In this document: positions 45,418 to 55,603 of the stretch, in pieces
Numbering within the stretch: position 1 is the stretch's first letter
How the letters are laid out: every line of letters starts with the position of its first letter
Sequence record: OQ223305.1
Source of the DNA: Escherichia phage EO1
Direction: 5' to 3' (one strand)
DNA: 64,000 nucleotides
The notes under the pieces: generated by a model
Databases searched by the model: none
What the model was told of the DNA's origin: nothing
Seen by the model: the letters and a program-made list of their open reading frames with translations, nothing else
Position numbers and translations under genes: made by a program

Positions 45418-45594
45418 ATGCCAATGTATGATTATAAATGCCAATCCGAAGATTGCGGGCATGAATATGAAAAAATTAAAAAGATTTCTGAACGAGAAAA
45501 TGATGTTTGCCCTAAATGTCATCGTTTGTCTACTCGTCGGCCTTCTGCTCCTAAGCATGTGAATGGCGGTTTTTACGATTTACTTAAAGGGTGA
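45418..45594 (+). CDS. small zinc-ribbon protein (58 aa)
   Basis: CxxC...CPxC arrangement (YKCQSEDCGHEY...DVCPKCH). Confidence 0.4.
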   Translation: MPMYDYKCQSEDCGHEYEKIKKISERENDVCPKCHRLSTRRPSAPKHVNGGFYDLLKG

Positions 45595-45596
45595 TT

Positions 45597-45971
45597 ATGT
45601 TTAAAATCGGTAAGAAATATCGTGTTCGCGAAGGTGAAGAAAAGAAATATCTACTTTCTGCTAGTAATAGGAATGGTTCTATTAATGCCGTAATATCTAC
45701 AAGCGAATTTATCGTTGAAGATATGAAAGGTCATAATGTTACAATGATTAGTACAGCAACTAGCAGAAATGCTGGAAAAATTCTTCACAGTCTGCGGAGT
45801 GAAGTTCTAATTTATGATGAAGAATTTGACTTCTTCGAAGAAGTCACTGAAGATTTTGATTTTGAATGCACTATCACTATGAAATCTGGCGACCCTCTTT
45901 CTTTTACAGTTAAAGATGAAAGAAGTCGCTTGAGAATTATTAGTCTTCTTCAAGCCATTAAATTTGAGTGA
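45597..45971 (+). CDS. hypothetical protein (124 aa)
   Basis: ATG 45597; no recognisable motif. Confidence 0.4.
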   Translation: MFKIGKKYRVREGEEKKYLLSASNRNGSINAVISTSEFIVEDMKGHNVTMISTATSRNAGKILHSLRSEVLIYDEEFDFFEEVTEDFDFECTITMKSGDPLSFTVKDERSRLRIISLLQAIKFE

Positions 45972-45975
45972 AATT

Positions 45976-46236
45976 ATGAAATATATTAATCGTTCTATCG
46001 CAGCATTAGTATTAGCAGTGTCTTTAGCAGGATGTACTGATGCTGATAATGCAACCAAAATTTTGTCATCAAGCGGTTTTACTAATATTGAAATCACTGG
46101 ATACAATTGGTTCGGTTGCTCTGAAAATGATTTCCAACATACTGGATTTCGTGCTATTGGACCTACTGGGCAGAAAGTAGAAGGAACAGTATGTTCTGGG
46201 TTGTTCTTTAAGGATTCAACTATTCGTTTTAAATAA
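45976..46236 (+). CDS. hypothetical lipoprotein (86 aa)
   Basis: Signal peptide with lipobox LAGC (MKYINRSIAALVLAVSLAGCTD); followed by a terminator. Confidence 0.45.
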   Translation: MKYINRSIAALVLAVSLAGCTDADNATKILSSSGFTNIEITGYNWFGCSENDFQHTGFRAIGPTGQKVEGTVCSGLFFKDSTIRFK

Positions 46237-46237
46237 A

Positions 46238-46254
46238 AGGCCTTCGGGCCTTTA
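46238..46254 (+). terminator. rho-independent terminator upstream of gene 39
   Basis: AGGCCTTCGGGCCT 46238-46251 followed by TT. Confidence 0.6.
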
Positions 46255-46305
46255 GCTTTATGATTACCGGAGTATAATATTCCCGAAACCAAACGAGGAT
46301 AAGTG

Positions 46306-48123
46306 ATGATTAAGAATGAAATTAAAATTCTGAGCGATATTGAACATATCAAAAAGCGTAGTGGCATGTACATTGGCTCTTCTGCTAATGAAATGCATGA
46401 GCGCTTTCTGTTTGGTAAATGGGAAAGTGTTCAGTATGTACCTGGTCTTGTTAAGCTTATTGATGAAATTATCGATAACTCAGTCGATGAAGGTATTCGT
46501 ACTAAGTTTAAATTCGCGAATAAAATTAATGTTACCATTAAAAATAATCAGGTAACAGTTGAAGATAACGGTCGTGGTATTCCACAAGCGATGGTTAAAA
46601 CACCTACCGGTGAAGAAATTCCTGGTCCAGTTGCTGCTTGGACTATTCCAAAAGCGGGTGGTAACTTTGGTGATGATAAAGAACGTGTCACCGGTGGTAT
46701 GAATGGTGTTGGTTCTAGTTTAACTAACATTTTTTCTGTGATGTTTGTCGGTGAAACTGGCGATGGTCAAAATAATATTGTAGTTCGTTGTTCAAATGGT
46801 ATGGAAAATAAATCCTGGGAAACTATTCCTGGAAAATGGAAAGGAACTCGTGTTACTTTCATTCCTGATTTTATGTCATTTGAAACTAATGAGCTGTCCC
46901 AGGTTTATCTTGACATTACACTGGATCGTCTCCAGACACTTGCTGTCGTTTATCCTGATATTCAATTTACCTTTAATGGTAAAAAGGTTCAGGGCAATTT
47001 TAAGAAATATGCACGACAGTATGATGAACATGCTATCGTTCAAGAACAAGAAAATTGTTCTATTGCGGTTGGTCGTTCACCGGATGGATTTCGTCAATTA
47101 ACTTACGTGAATAACATTCACACTAAGAATGGTGGTCATCACATTGATTGTGTTATGGATGATATTTGTGAAGACCTTATTCCACAAATCAAACGTAAAT
47201 TCAAAATTGATGTAACTAAAGCACGCGTTAAAGAATGTTTGACTATCGTTATGTTTGTTCGTGATATGAAAAACATGCGATTTGATTCTCAAACTAAAGA
47301 GCGTTTGACTTCTCCATTTGGCGAAATTCGTAGTCATATTCAACTTGATGCTAAAAAGATTTCACGCGCTATTCTAAATAATGAAGCAATTTTAATGCCG
47401 ATTATTGAAGCTGCGTTGGCTCGTAAATTGGCGGCAGAAAAAGCAGCAGAAACTAAAGCAGCTAAAAAGGCTTCTAAAGCTAAGGTTCATAAACATATCA
47501 AAGCGAATCTCTGTGGTAAAGATGCTGACACTACTCTTTTCTTGACTGAGGGTGATTCTGCTATCGGATATCTTATTGATGTTCGTGATAAAGAACTTCA
47601 TGGTGGTTATCCATTGCGTGGTAAAGTTCTCAACAGTTGGGGTATGTCATATGCTGATATGCTTAAAAACAAAGAACTATTTGATATTTGCGCAATCACT
47701 GGATTAGTTCTTGGTGAAAAAGCTGAAAACTTGAATTATCATAATATTGCTATTATGACCGATGCTGACCATGATGGTTTAGGAAGCATTTATCCTTCTC
47801 TGCTCGGATTTTTTAGTAATTGGCCAGAATTGTTTGAGCAAGGACGAATTCGCTTTGTCAAAACTCCTGTAATCATCGCTCAGGTCGGTAAAAAACAAGA
47901 ATGGTTTTATACAGTCGCTGAATATGAGAGTGCTAAAGATGCTCTACCTAAACATAGCATCCGTTATATTAAAGGACTTGGCTCTTTGGAAAAATCTGAA
48001 TATCGTGAGATGATTCAAAATCCAGTATATGATGTTGTTAAACTTCCTGAGAACTGGAAAGAGCTTTTTGAAATGCTCATGGGAGATAATGCTGACCTTC
48101 GTAAAGAATGGATGAGCCAGTAG
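46306..48123 (+). CDS. 39: DNA topoisomerase II large (ATPase) subunit gp39, uninterrupted 605-aa form
   Basis: GHKL ATPase motifs (IDNSVDEG, GRGIP) and TOPRIM region (LTEGDSA) in one ORF; 605 aa, i.e. not split into 39 + 60. Confidence 0.9.
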   Translation: MIKNEIKILSDIEHIKKRSGMYIGSSANEMHERFLFGKWESVQYVPGLVKLIDEIIDNSVDEGIRTKFKFANKINVTIKNNQVTVEDNGRGIPQAMVKTPTGEEIPGPVAAWTIPKAGGNFGDDKERVTGGMNGVGSSLTNIFSVMFVGETGDGQNNIVVRCSNGMENKSWETIPGKWKGTRVTFIPDFMSFETNELSQVYLDITLDRLQTLAVVYPDIQFTFNGKKVQGNFKKYARQYDEHAIVQEQENCSIAVGRSPDGFRQLTYVNNIHTKNGGHHIDCVMDDICEDLIPQIKRKFKIDVTKARVKECLTIVMFVRDMKNMRFDSQTKERLTSPFGEIRSHIQLDAKKISRAILNNEAILMPIIEAALARKLAAEKAAETKAAKKASKAKVHKHIKANLCGKDADTTLFLTEGDSAIGYLIDVRDKELHGGYPLRGKVLNSWGMSYADMLKNKELFDICAITGLVLGEKAENLNYHNIAIMTDADHDGLGSIYPSLLGFFSNWPELFEQGRIRFVKTPVIIAQVGKKQEWFYTVAEYESAKDALPKHSIRYIKGLGSLEKSEYREMIQNPVYDVVKLPENWKELFEMLMGDNADLRKEWMSQ

Positions 48124-48152
48124 TTTACTTTACCACAAGGATGTGGTATAAT
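48123..48152 (+). promoter_or_regulatory. early promoter cassette (second copy of the 3036-3065 type)
   Basis: GTTTAC 48123-48128, CCACAAGGATGTGG 48133-48146, TATAAT 48147-48152; differs from the 3034-3065 copy by one base. Confidence 0.65.
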
Positions 48153-48177
48153 TAATTGGGCAAATGAGGATATTGAA

Positions 48178-48381
48178 ATGAAATCATATAGAGTAAATTT
48201 AGAACTTTTTGATAAAGCAGTTCATCGAGAATATAGAATCATTCAACGCTTTTTCGATATGGGAGAAGCCGAAGAATTTAAAAACCGCTTTAAAGATATT
48301 AGAGATAAAATTCAATCCGACACCGCAACTAAAGATGAACTACTAGAAGTTGCTGAAGTTATTAAGCGTAATATGAATTAA
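48178..48381 (+). CDS. hypothetical protein (67 aa), rIIA.1 position
   Basis: ORF between gene 39 and rIIA behind a promoter cassette. Confidence 0.4.
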   Translation: MKSYRVNLELFDKAVHREYRIIQRFFDMGEAEEFKNRFKDIRDKIQSDTATKDELLEVAEVIKRNMN

Positions 48382-48391
48382 TGAGGAAATT

Positions 48392-50569
48392 ATGATTATC
48401 ACCACTGAAAAAGAAACAATTCTTGGTAATGGTTCTAAATCAAAAGCATTTAGCATCACAGCATCTCCTAAAGTATTTAAAATTCTGTCATCTGATTTGT
48501 ATACAAACAAAATTCGCGCAGTAGTCCGTGAATTGATTACCAACATGATTGATGCTCATGCACTTAATGGAAATCCTGAAAAATTTATCATACAAGTTCC
48601 TGGACGTTTAGATCCACGATTTGTTTGCCGAGATTTTGGTCCGGGTATGAGTGATTTTGATATTCAAGGTGATGATAATTCTCCTGGGTTGTATAATTCA
48701 TACTTCAGTTCATCTAAGGCTGAATCTAACGATTTCATTGGCGGATTTGGTTTAGGTTCTAAATCTCCGTTTAGTTATACTGATACGTTTAGTATTACTT
48801 CGTATCATAAAGGTGAAATTCGTGGTTATGTAGCTTACATGGATGGTGATGGTCCACAGATTAAACCTACATTCGTAAAAGAAATGGGTCCAGATGATAA
48901 AACTGGTATTGAAATCGTAGTTCCAGTTGAAGAAAAAGACTTTAGAAACTTTGCTTATGAAGTTTCTTATATCATGCGACCGTTCAAAGATTTGGCTATC
49001 ATTAATGGTCTTGACCGCGAAATTGATTATTTTCCGGATTTTGATGACTATTACGGTGTAAATCCAGAAAGATACTGGCCAGATCGCGGTGGATTATATG
49101 CTATCTATGGCGGTATTGTTTATCCTATCGATGGTGTTATTAGAGACCGTAACTGGCTAAGCATTCGCAATGAAGTGAATTACATTAAGTTTCCAATGGG
49201 TTCACTTGATATTGCTCCATCACGTGAAGCTCTTTCATTGGATGATCGCACTCGTAAAAATATTATTGAACGAGTTAAAGAGCTTAGTGAGAAAGCATTT
49301 AATGAAGATGTAAAACGATTTAAAGAATCTACATCTCCCCGTCACACATATCGTGAATTGATGAAGATGGGGTATTCTGCTCGAGATTATATGATTAGTA
49401 ATTCAGTCAAATTCACGACTAAAAATCTGTCATATAAAAAGATGCAGAGTATGTTTGAACCTGACAGTAAGTTATGTAATGCAGGCGTGGTGTATGAAGT
49501 AAATCTTGACCCTCGACTGAAGCGCATTAAGCAAAGTCATGAAACATCAGCCGTTGCGTCAAGTTATCGTCTGTTTGGTATTAATACAACAAAAATTAAT
49601 ATCGTTATTGATAATATTAAAAATCGTGTTAATATTGTCCGTGGATTAGCACATGCGTTAGATGATAGTGAATTTAATAACACTTTAAATATTCATCACA
49701 ATGAGCGTCTTCTGTTTATTAATCCGGAAGTAGAATCGCAGATTGATTTACTACCTGATATTATGGCAATGTTTGAAAGTGATGAAGTTAACATTCATTA
49801 TTTGTCAGAAATTGAAGCTTTAGTAAAAAGTTATATTCCAAAGGTAGTTAAAAGTAAAGCTCCTCGTCCTAAAGCTGCTACAGCATTTAAGTTTGAAATT
49901 AAAGACGGGCGCTGGGAAAAAGAGGAATTATTTACGCTCACATCAGAAGCAGATGAAATTACTGGTTATGTAGCGTATATGCATCGTTCTGATATTTTCT
50001 CTATGGATGGTACTACATCACTTTGTCATCCATCTATGAATATTTTGATTCGTATGGCTAATCTTATTGGCATTAATGAATTTTATGTTATTCGTCCGCT
50101 TTTACAGAAAAAGGTAAAAGAACTCGGTCAGTGCCAATGTATTTTTGAAGCTTTACGTGATTTATATGTAGATGCTTTTGATGATGTAGATTATGATAAG
50201 TACGTAGGTTATTCAAGTTCAGCTCAACGATATATTGATAAAATTATCAAGTATCCTGAACTAGATTTTATGATGAAGTACTTCAGTACAGATGAAGTTT
50301 CTGAAGAATATACACGACTCGCTAATATAGTTAGTTCATTGCGTGGTGTATATTTTAATGGTGGAAAAGATACCATCGGTCATGACATCTGGACAGTAAC
50401 TAATCTTTTTGATGTATTATCAAATAATGCTTCAAAAAACAGTGATAAAATGGTTGCTGAGTTTACCAAGAAATTCCGTATTGTTTCCGACTTCATCGGA
50501 TATCGCAACTCTTTAAGTGATGATGAAGTTTCCCAAATCGCTAAAACTATGAAGGCCCTTGCGGCCTAA
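48392..50569 (+). CDS. rIIA: rIIA protein (725 aa)
   Basis: 725 aa as T4 rIIA; N-terminal GHKL-like region; followed by rIIB. Confidence 0.85.
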   Translation: MIITTEKETILGNGSKSKAFSITASPKVFKILSSDLYTNKIRAVVRELITNMIDAHALNGNPEKFIIQVPGRLDPRFVCRDFGPGMSDFDIQGDDNSPGLYNSYFSSSKAESNDFIGGFGLGSKSPFSYTDTFSITSYHKGEIRGYVAYMDGDGPQIKPTFVKEMGPDDKTGIEIVVPVEEKDFRNFAYEVSYIMRPFKDLAIINGLDREIDYFPDFDDYYGVNPERYWPDRGGLYAIYGGIVYPIDGVIRDRNWLSIRNEVNYIKFPMGSLDIAPSREALSLDDRTRKNIIERVKELSEKAFNEDVKRFKESTSPRHTYRELMKMGYSARDYMISNSVKFTTKNLSYKKMQSMFEPDSKLCNAGVVYEVNLDPRLKRIKQSHETSAVASSYRLFGINTTKINIVIDNIKNRVNIVRGLAHALDDSEFNNTLNIHHNERLLFINPEVESQIDLLPDIMAMFESDEVNIHYLSEIEALVKSYIPKVVKSKAPRPKAATAFKFEIKDGRWEKEELFTLTSEADEITGYVAYMHRSDIFSMDGTTSLCHPSMNILIRMANLIGINEFYVIRPLLQKKVKELGQCQCIFEALRDLYVDAFDDVDYDKYVGYSSSAQRYIDKIIKYPELDFMMKYFSTDEVSEEYTRLANIVSSLRGVYFNGGKDTIGHDIWTVTNLFDVLSNNASKNSDKMVAEFTKKFRIVSDFIGYRNSLSDDEVSQIAKTMKALAA

Positions 50570-50580
50570 TAAGGAAAATT

Positions 50581-51519
50581 ATGTACAATATTAAATGCCT
50601 GACCAAAAACGAACAAGCTGAAATTGTTAAACTGTATTCAAGCGGTAATTATACTCAGCAGGAATTGGCTGATTGGCAAGGTGTATCAGTTGATACAATC
50701 CGTCGTGTTTTGAAAAATGCTGAAGAAGCTAAACGCTCTAAAGTTACTATTAGCGGTGATATTACAGTTAAAGTTAATAGCGATGCAGTTATTGCTCCAG
50801 TTACTAAATCTGACATTATTTGGAATGCATCTAAAAAATTCATTTCGATTACTGTCGATGGTGTAACTTATAATGCAACACCTAATACTCATTCAAACTT
50901 TCAGGAAATTCTCAATCTGCTTGTAGCGGATAAGCTGGAAGAAGCGGCACAAAAAATTAATGTTCGTCGCGCTGTTGAAAAATATATTTCCGGCGATGTT
51001 CGAATTGAAGGTGGAAGCTTATTCTATCAAAATATTGAATTGCGGTCTGGTTTGGTTGATCGTATTCTTGATTCGATGGAAAAAGGCGAAAACTTTGAAT
51101 TTTATTTTCCGTTCTTGGAAAATCTGCTGGAAAACCCAAGCCAGAAAGCGGTATCTCGACTTTTTGATTTCTTGGTAGCAAACGATATTGAAATCACCGA
51201 AGATGGTTACTTCTATGCTTGGAAAGTAGTTCGTGACAACTACTTTGACTGTCACTCAAACACCTTTGATAACAGTCCGGGTAAAGTAGTTAAAATGCCG
51301 CGTACTCGTGTGAATGACGATGATACACAAACTTGTTCTCGTGGTCTGCATGTGTGTTCTAAATCTTATATTCGTCATTTTGGCAGTTCAACCAGCCGAG
51401 TTGTAAAAGTTAAAGTTCATCCTCGCGATGTAGTATCAATTCCGATTGATTACAACGACGCTAAAATGCGTACCTGCCAATACGAAGTAGTTGAAGACGT
51501 TACTGAACAATTTAAATAA
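50581..51519 (+). CDS. rIIB: rIIB protein (312 aa)
   Basis: 312 aa as T4 rIIB; follows rIIA. Confidence 0.85.
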   Translation: MYNIKCLTKNEQAEIVKLYSSGNYTQQELADWQGVSVDTIRRVLKNAEEAKRSKVTISGDITVKVNSDAVIAPVTKSDIIWNASKKFISITVDGVTYNATPNTHSNFQEILNLLVADKLEEAAQKINVRRAVEKYISGDVRIEGGSLFYQNIELRSGLVDRILDSMEKGENFEFYFPFLENLLENPSQKAVSRLFDFLVANDIEITEDGYFYAWKVVRDNYFDCHSNTFDNSPGKVVKMPRTRVNDDDTQTCSRGLHVCSKSYIRHFGSSTSRVVKVKVHPRDVVSIPIDYNDAKMRTCQYEVVEDVTEQFK

Positions 51520-51534
51520 GGGCTTCGGCCCTTA
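51520..51534 (+). terminator. terminator-like hairpin after rIIB
   Basis: GGGCTTCGGCCC 51520-51531; weak U-tract. Confidence 0.5.
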
Positions 51535-51547
51535 ACTAAGGAAAATT

Positions 51548-51742
51548 ATGTTAGGTTATCAAGCACGAGTAAAAGAAGAATACGATCAATTAATGCTCAA
51601 AATTAATGCACTGAGTAAATTTTTAGAAAGCGCAAAGTTTCTAACGGTTAGTGCAGTTGAGCAAGAACTGTTACTTTCGCAGTTTATCTCAATGAAATCT
51701 TATGCTGAGTGTCTAGAGAAAAGAATTGCGCAATTCAAATAA
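51548..51742 (+). CDS. hypothetical protein (64 aa)
   Basis: Small ORF flanked by two GGGCTTCGGCCC terminator hairpins. Confidence 0.4.
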   Translation: MLGYQARVKEEYDQLMLKINALSKFLESAKFLTVSAVEQELLLSQFISMKSYAECLEKRIAQFK

Positions 51743-51747
51743 AATAA

Positions 51748-51763
51748 GGGCTTCGGCCCTTTT
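51748..51763 (+). terminator. rho-independent terminator
   Basis: GGGCTTCGGCCC 51748-51759 followed by TTTT. Confidence 0.7.
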
Positions 51764-51824
51764 GTTTTAAGAGAAATTATGATTTATATGAATATCAGTG
51801 ATTCCGACATAAAGGAAAGTTTAA

Positions 51825-52382
51825 ATGCAGAAAACGAATCCGGGGCTACAGAGACTATTTCAGATTCCGACATTTACCCTATCGAACAGTGACTTGACTA
51901 GTGAAATGAAAGTCAAAATTGCTGATACAGCAAGATACTCTTTAAAACAAAACCCGAACCAGGATAAGGCAGAAGTTATCGAAAGATGCCGTATCGCTGT
52001 GTACGCAGAGTTTTTTGTAGCAGATTGGTTAAGCGGGTATGTTAATAAAGGTCAAGAAGATGTCGATGATCCGTACACATATGCATGGGATGTATTGGCG
52101 CATCCAAAATACTGTGGGCTTCGTGTAGAAGTCAAAACACATCAAACTGACTCACGATGGATTTCGGTAACAACCGGATGCAGCGGAGAGTATCCATACG
52201 GTTCTGGAATAAATCTAGGGCCCATTCTGAATCACCAAGTCGCTGACTGTATAATTATATTCAACACTAAAGAAATTCACCCAGGTGTCATCCAGTACAC
52301 TCCGAAATTCATCGGTGATAGAGAAGACCTTCGTAAGGTTGTAAGAAAAAGCAACTACAACGGATGGTATCTTTCCATTTAA
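51825..52382 (+). CDS. denB: endonuclease IV DenB-like (185 aa)
   Basis: 185 aa and position next to rIIB match T4 denB; assignment by size and synteny. Confidence 0.55.
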   Translation: MQKTNPGLQRLFQIPTFTLSNSDLTSEMKVKIADTARYSLKQNPNQDKAEVIERCRIAVYAEFFVADWLSGYVNKGQEDVDDPYTYAWDVLAHPKYCGLRVEVKTHQTDSRWISVTTGCSGEYPYGSGINLGPILNHQVADCIIIFNTKEIHPGVIQYTPKFIGDREDLRKVVRKSNYNGWYLSI

Positions 52383-52397
52383 AAATTTCACAAAACA

Positions 52398-52451
52398 GTT
52401 TACATACCACAAGGACCGTGGTACTATACAACTATCAACTACTGATACAGA
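52398..52451 (+). promoter_or_regulatory. chimeric early promoter cassette
   Basis: GTTTAC 52398-52403, CCACAAGGACCGTGG 52407-52421 (second cassette type) fused to the 32-bp core at 52420-52451. Confidence 0.6.
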
Positions 52452-52570
52452 TTTGGAGAATAAAATGAAAATCGCTGAGATTGAACTATGAGTTCATTAT
52501 GGTGGTGTTTTGTTTGGTTAATTAGTATTCCAGTAATTTGTTTAACATTTACTTTTGTGATGAGGTTATT

Positions 52571-52669
52571 ATGAAAATTTTGAATTCTGTACTTATTGCT
52601 TGTGCGTGGTGGGTTGCGCAAGTTTCAGCAGTAGTAGTTGGTATTCACATTTATTACGAATATTTTTAA
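52571..52669 (+). CDS. hypothetical hydrophobic peptide (32 aa)
   Basis: ATG after GAGG; single hydrophobic helix. Confidence 0.25.
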   Translation: MKILNSVLIACAWWVAQVSAVVVGIHIYYEYF

Positions 52670-52672
52670 AAA

Positions 52673-52737
52673 AGTTGTTTACAAGACTGTTCCTCTGTGG
52701 TATTATTACCCTATCAACTACGGAGGAACAGAAAATG
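52673..52737 (+). repeat. 65-bp promoter cassette, copy 2
   Basis: AGTTGTTTACAAGACTGTTCCTCTGTGGTA[TTATTACC]CTATCAACTACGGAGGAACAGAAAATG, versus CTATACAA in copy 1. Confidence 0.8.
52677..52731 (+). promoter_or_regulatory. early promoter cassette, duplicate of the 61-125 element
   Basis: GTTTAC 52677-52682; inverted repeat CTGTTCCTC (52687-52695) / GAGGAACAG (52723-52731); -10 block GGTATTATTACC. Confidence 0.65.
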
Positions 52738-52848
52738 AAAAAGATTGTTAAAGCTATATGGAATGTAGTTATAATACTAGTAGTTTTGAGTATATTCCCA
52801 ATCGTTTTAATGATTGATGTATTAAACGTTTACTTTGGATTTATGTGA
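52735..52848 (+). CDS. hypothetical hydrophobic peptide (37 aa)
   Basis: ATG 52735 after GGAGG, behind a duplicated promoter cassette; hydrophobic. Confidence 0.35.
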   Translation: MKKIVKAIWNVVIILVVLSIFPIVLMIDVLNVYFGFM

Positions 52849-52855
52849 GGAAAAT

Positions 52856-53053
52856 ATGAAGCGTAAACGCAGTGCTTTTACATTTATTGAATGGTTTTTC
52901 GATAATATTTTTCCGGCTTTATTCATTTTCATGCTGATTTTTGCCTTAGGTTCAGTTGTAGTTGGAATCTATTTGATGGCAGTAGTCGGAATGGATATTC
53001 ATCAAAATGGTTTAAAATCCGCGGTTGAAACAATTTGGAATGGTGTAAAATAA
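52856..53053 (+). CDS. hypothetical small membrane protein (65 aa)
   Basis: ATG 52856 after GAGGAAAAT; two hydrophobic segments. Confidence 0.4.
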   Translation: MKRKRSAFTFIEWFFDNIFPALFIFMLIFALGSVVVGIYLMAVVGMDIHQNGLKSAVETIWNGVK

Positions 53054-53156
53054 GCATTTGGTTTTATATTCTTATGTTTTACATTGGTGCAAATTTTCCA
53101 TATTGGATGGGATGGTCAACAACTGCATTTGGATTTTATACTCCTTGAGGTGAATT

Positions 53157-53372
53157 ATGAAAAGTTTTAAAGATGTAAAAGTTGGTGAAATTTTCTGTTT
53201 AGATAACGGTGATCAGTTAATTCGTATTTCACCTCTTAAGAGCACTAGCGAGAAACCGACAGTTAATGCTACTTTAGCAAATAACAGTAATGAACGTTTC
53301 TGTATTGAAAATGATACTGAAACTTATACCGTAGAAGAGTTTTGGGAATTGAGCGTCGACTGCGACGATTAA
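53157..53372 (+). CDS. hypothetical protein (71 aa)
   Basis: ATG after GAGGTGAATT. Confidence 0.4.
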   Translation: MKSFKDVKVGEIFCLDNGDQLIRISPLKSTSEKPTVNATLANNSNERFCIENDTETYTVEEFWELSVDCDD

Positions 53373-53432
53373 TTTAATGGCTGCGTGTATTCATGCGGCC
53401 TTGGAGTAGAAAATAATTTAGAGGAAATTAAT

Positions 53433-53891
53433 ATGAAATATATGACTGTTACTGATCTGAATAATGCAGGCGCTACTGTTATTGGTACAATCAAGGGCGG
53501 TGAGTGGTTTTTGGGAACTCCACATAAAGACATTTTATCTAAACCTGGATTTTACTTTTTAGTGAGCAAATTAGATGGTCGTCCATTTAGTAATCCATGT
53601 GTGTCTGCACGATTTTATGTAGGTAATCAACGTTCTAAGCAAGGATTCAGCGCAGTTCTAAGTCATATTCGTCAACGTCGGTCTCAGCTTGCACGTACTA
53701 TTGCAAATAACAATGTTCCATACACAGTATTTTATCTGCCTGCTTCTAAGATGAAACCTCTGACGACGGGATTTGGAAAAGGACAGTTAGCTTTAGCGTT
53801 TACTCGTAATCATCATTCCGAGTATCAAACACTTGAAGAAATGAATCGTATGTTGGCTGATAACTTTAAATTCGTTTTGCAGGCATATTAA
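53433..53891 (+). CDS. ndd: nucleoid disruption protein Ndd-like (152 aa)
   Basis: ATG 53433 after GAGGAAATTAAT; size and position (immediately upstream of stp) match T4 ndd. Confidence 0.55.
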
Positions 53892-53971
53892 TGAGTAATT
53901 TCCACAACGAACATGTGATGCAGTTCTATCGCAACAATCTTAAAACTAAAGGCGTCTTCGGACGCCAGTGA
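53891..53971 (+). CDS. stp: Stp peptide (26 aa)
   Basis: Translation [26 protein letters not shown] matches the T4 Stp peptide as recalled. Confidence 0.75.
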
Positions 53972-53978
53972 GGAAAAT

Positions 53979-54137
53979 ATGAATATCGCAAAATTATTAG
54001 GAGTTATTTCATTTATTTGTTGGATAGTAGCATGTGTTTTAACTATCTGTATCGATGCTAGCAGTGTGTTTTCACAAGCTTTAGCCCAGGGTATGTGTGC
54101 ATATTTAACATTTGTGTTGTTATCTACTAATGATTAA
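53979..54137 (+). CDS. ac: Ac (acriflavine sensitivity) small membrane protein (52 aa)
   Basis: 52-aa hydrophobic ORF between stp and gene 52, as T4 ac. Confidence 0.5.
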   Translation: MNIAKLLGVISFICWIVACVLTICIDASSVFSQALAQGMCAYLTFVLLSTND

Positions 54138-54270
54138 GAAAATCTTGGGCTATTCACTAGCCCTTGCTATTTTATTGATAGCATTATATTATGGAGTAAT
54201 GTTCGGATTAATTCAAGTCGTGCTTTTCATTTCTGATGTTATTATGGCACTACATTCACTAGTATGGTAA
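54130..54270 (+). CDS. hypothetical small membrane protein (46 aa)
   Basis: Hydrophobic ORF overlapping the ac 3' end, immediately upstream of gene 52. Confidence 0.3.
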   Translation: MIKKILGYSLALAILLIALYYGVMFGLIQVVLFISDVIMALHSLVW

Positions 54271-54274
54271 ATTT

Positions 54275-55603
54275 ATGCAACTGAATAATCGCGATTTAAA
54301 AAGTATCATTGATAATGAAGCATTGGCTTATGCTATGTACACGGTTGAAAATCGTGCCATTCCAAATATGATTGATGGATTTAAGCCAGTTCAACGATTT
54401 GTTATTGCTCGAGCTCTTGATTTGGCACGAGGAAATAAAGATAAGTTTCACAAACTCGCTTCTATCGCAGGTGGTGTAGCGGACCTTGGATATCATCATG
54501 GTGAAAACTCTGCACAAGACGCAGGTGCTTTGATGGCTAACACTTGGAATAATAACTTTCCTCTGTTAGATGGTCAAGGAAACTTTGGTTCTCGTACCGT
54601 CCAAAAAGCAGCAGCAAGTCGTTATATTTTTGCTCGTGTAAGTAAAAATTTCTATAACGTATATAAAGATACTGAATATGCTCCGGTACATCAAGATAAA
54701 GAACACATTCCGCCTGCTTTCTATTTGCCTATTATTCCTACTGTTCTTCTTAATGGTGTTTCCGGTATTGCAACTGGTTATGCAACTTACATTCTTCCTC
54801 ATAGTGTTTCTTCTGTCAAGAAAGCTGTATTACAAGCTCTTCAAGGAAAGAAAGTAACTAAACCGAAGGTAGAATTCCCAGAATTTCGTGGTGAAGTCGT
54901 TGAAATTGACGGGCAATATGAAATTCGTGGAACATATAAGTTTACTTCACGAACTCAAATGCATATCACTGAGATTCCGTATAAGTATGATCGTGAAACT
55001 TATGTGAGTAAAATCTTAGACCCACTTGAAGATAAAGGCTTCATTACATGGGATGATGCTTGTGGTGAGCATGGTTTTGGCTTTAAAGTTAAATTCCGTA
55101 AAGAATATTCTTTGAGCGATAATGAAGAAGAACGTCATGCAAAAATTATGAAAGACTTCGGGTTGATTGAGCGTCGTTCCCAGAATATTACCGTTATTAA
55201 TGAGAAAGGAAAACTACAAGTTTACGATAACGTAGTTGATTTAATCAAAGACTTCGTCGAAGTTCGTAAAACTTATGTCCAAAAACGAATTGATAATAAA
55301 ATTAAAGAAACTGAGTCAGCTTTTCGTTTAGCTTTTGCCAAGGCACATTTCATTAAGAAAGTAATTTCAGGTGAAATCGTTGTGCAGGGTAAAACTCGTA
55401 AAGAACTGACCGAAGAACTTTCTAAAATTGATATGTATTCTTCTTATGTTGATAAACTAGTTGGAATGAATATTTTTCATATGACTTCCGACGAAGCAAA
55501 GAAACTTGCTGAAGAAGCTAAAGCTAAAAAAGAAGAAAACGAATATTGGAAAACTACTGATGTAGTTACAGAATACACCAAAGATTTAGAGGAAATCAAA
55601 TGA
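54275..55603 (+). CDS. 52: DNA topoisomerase II medium subunit gp52 (442 aa)
   Basis: 442 aa; gyrase-A-like region with active-site Tyr context; matches T4 gp52 as recalled. Confidence 0.9.
   Translation: MQLNNRDLKSIIDNEALAYAMYTVENRAIPNMIDGFKPVQRFVIARALDLARGNKDKFHKLASIAGGVADLGYHHGENSAQDAGALMANTWNNNFPLLDGQGNFGSRTVQKAAASRYIFARVSKNFYNVYKDTEYAPVHQDKEHIPPAFYLPIIPTVLLNGVSGIATGYATYILPHSVSSVKKAVLQALQGKKVTKPKVEFPEFRGEVVEIDGQYEIRGTYKFTSRTQMHITEIPYKYDRETYVSKILDPLEDKGFITWDDACGEHGFGFKVKFRKEYSLSDNEEERHAKIMKDFGLIERRSQNITVINEKGKLQVYDNVVDLIKDFVEVRKTYVQKRIDNKIKETESAFRLAFAKAHFIKKVISGEIVVQGKTRKELTEELSKIDMYSSYVDKLVGMNIFHMTSDEAKKLAEEAKAKKEENEYWKTTDVVTEYTKDLEEIK

Noticed and set aside
45807-46373. 188-aa minus-strand ORF
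   Set aside because: Antisense to three SD-preceded plus-strand genes and the start of gene 39; composition typical of a non-coding frame and no SD.
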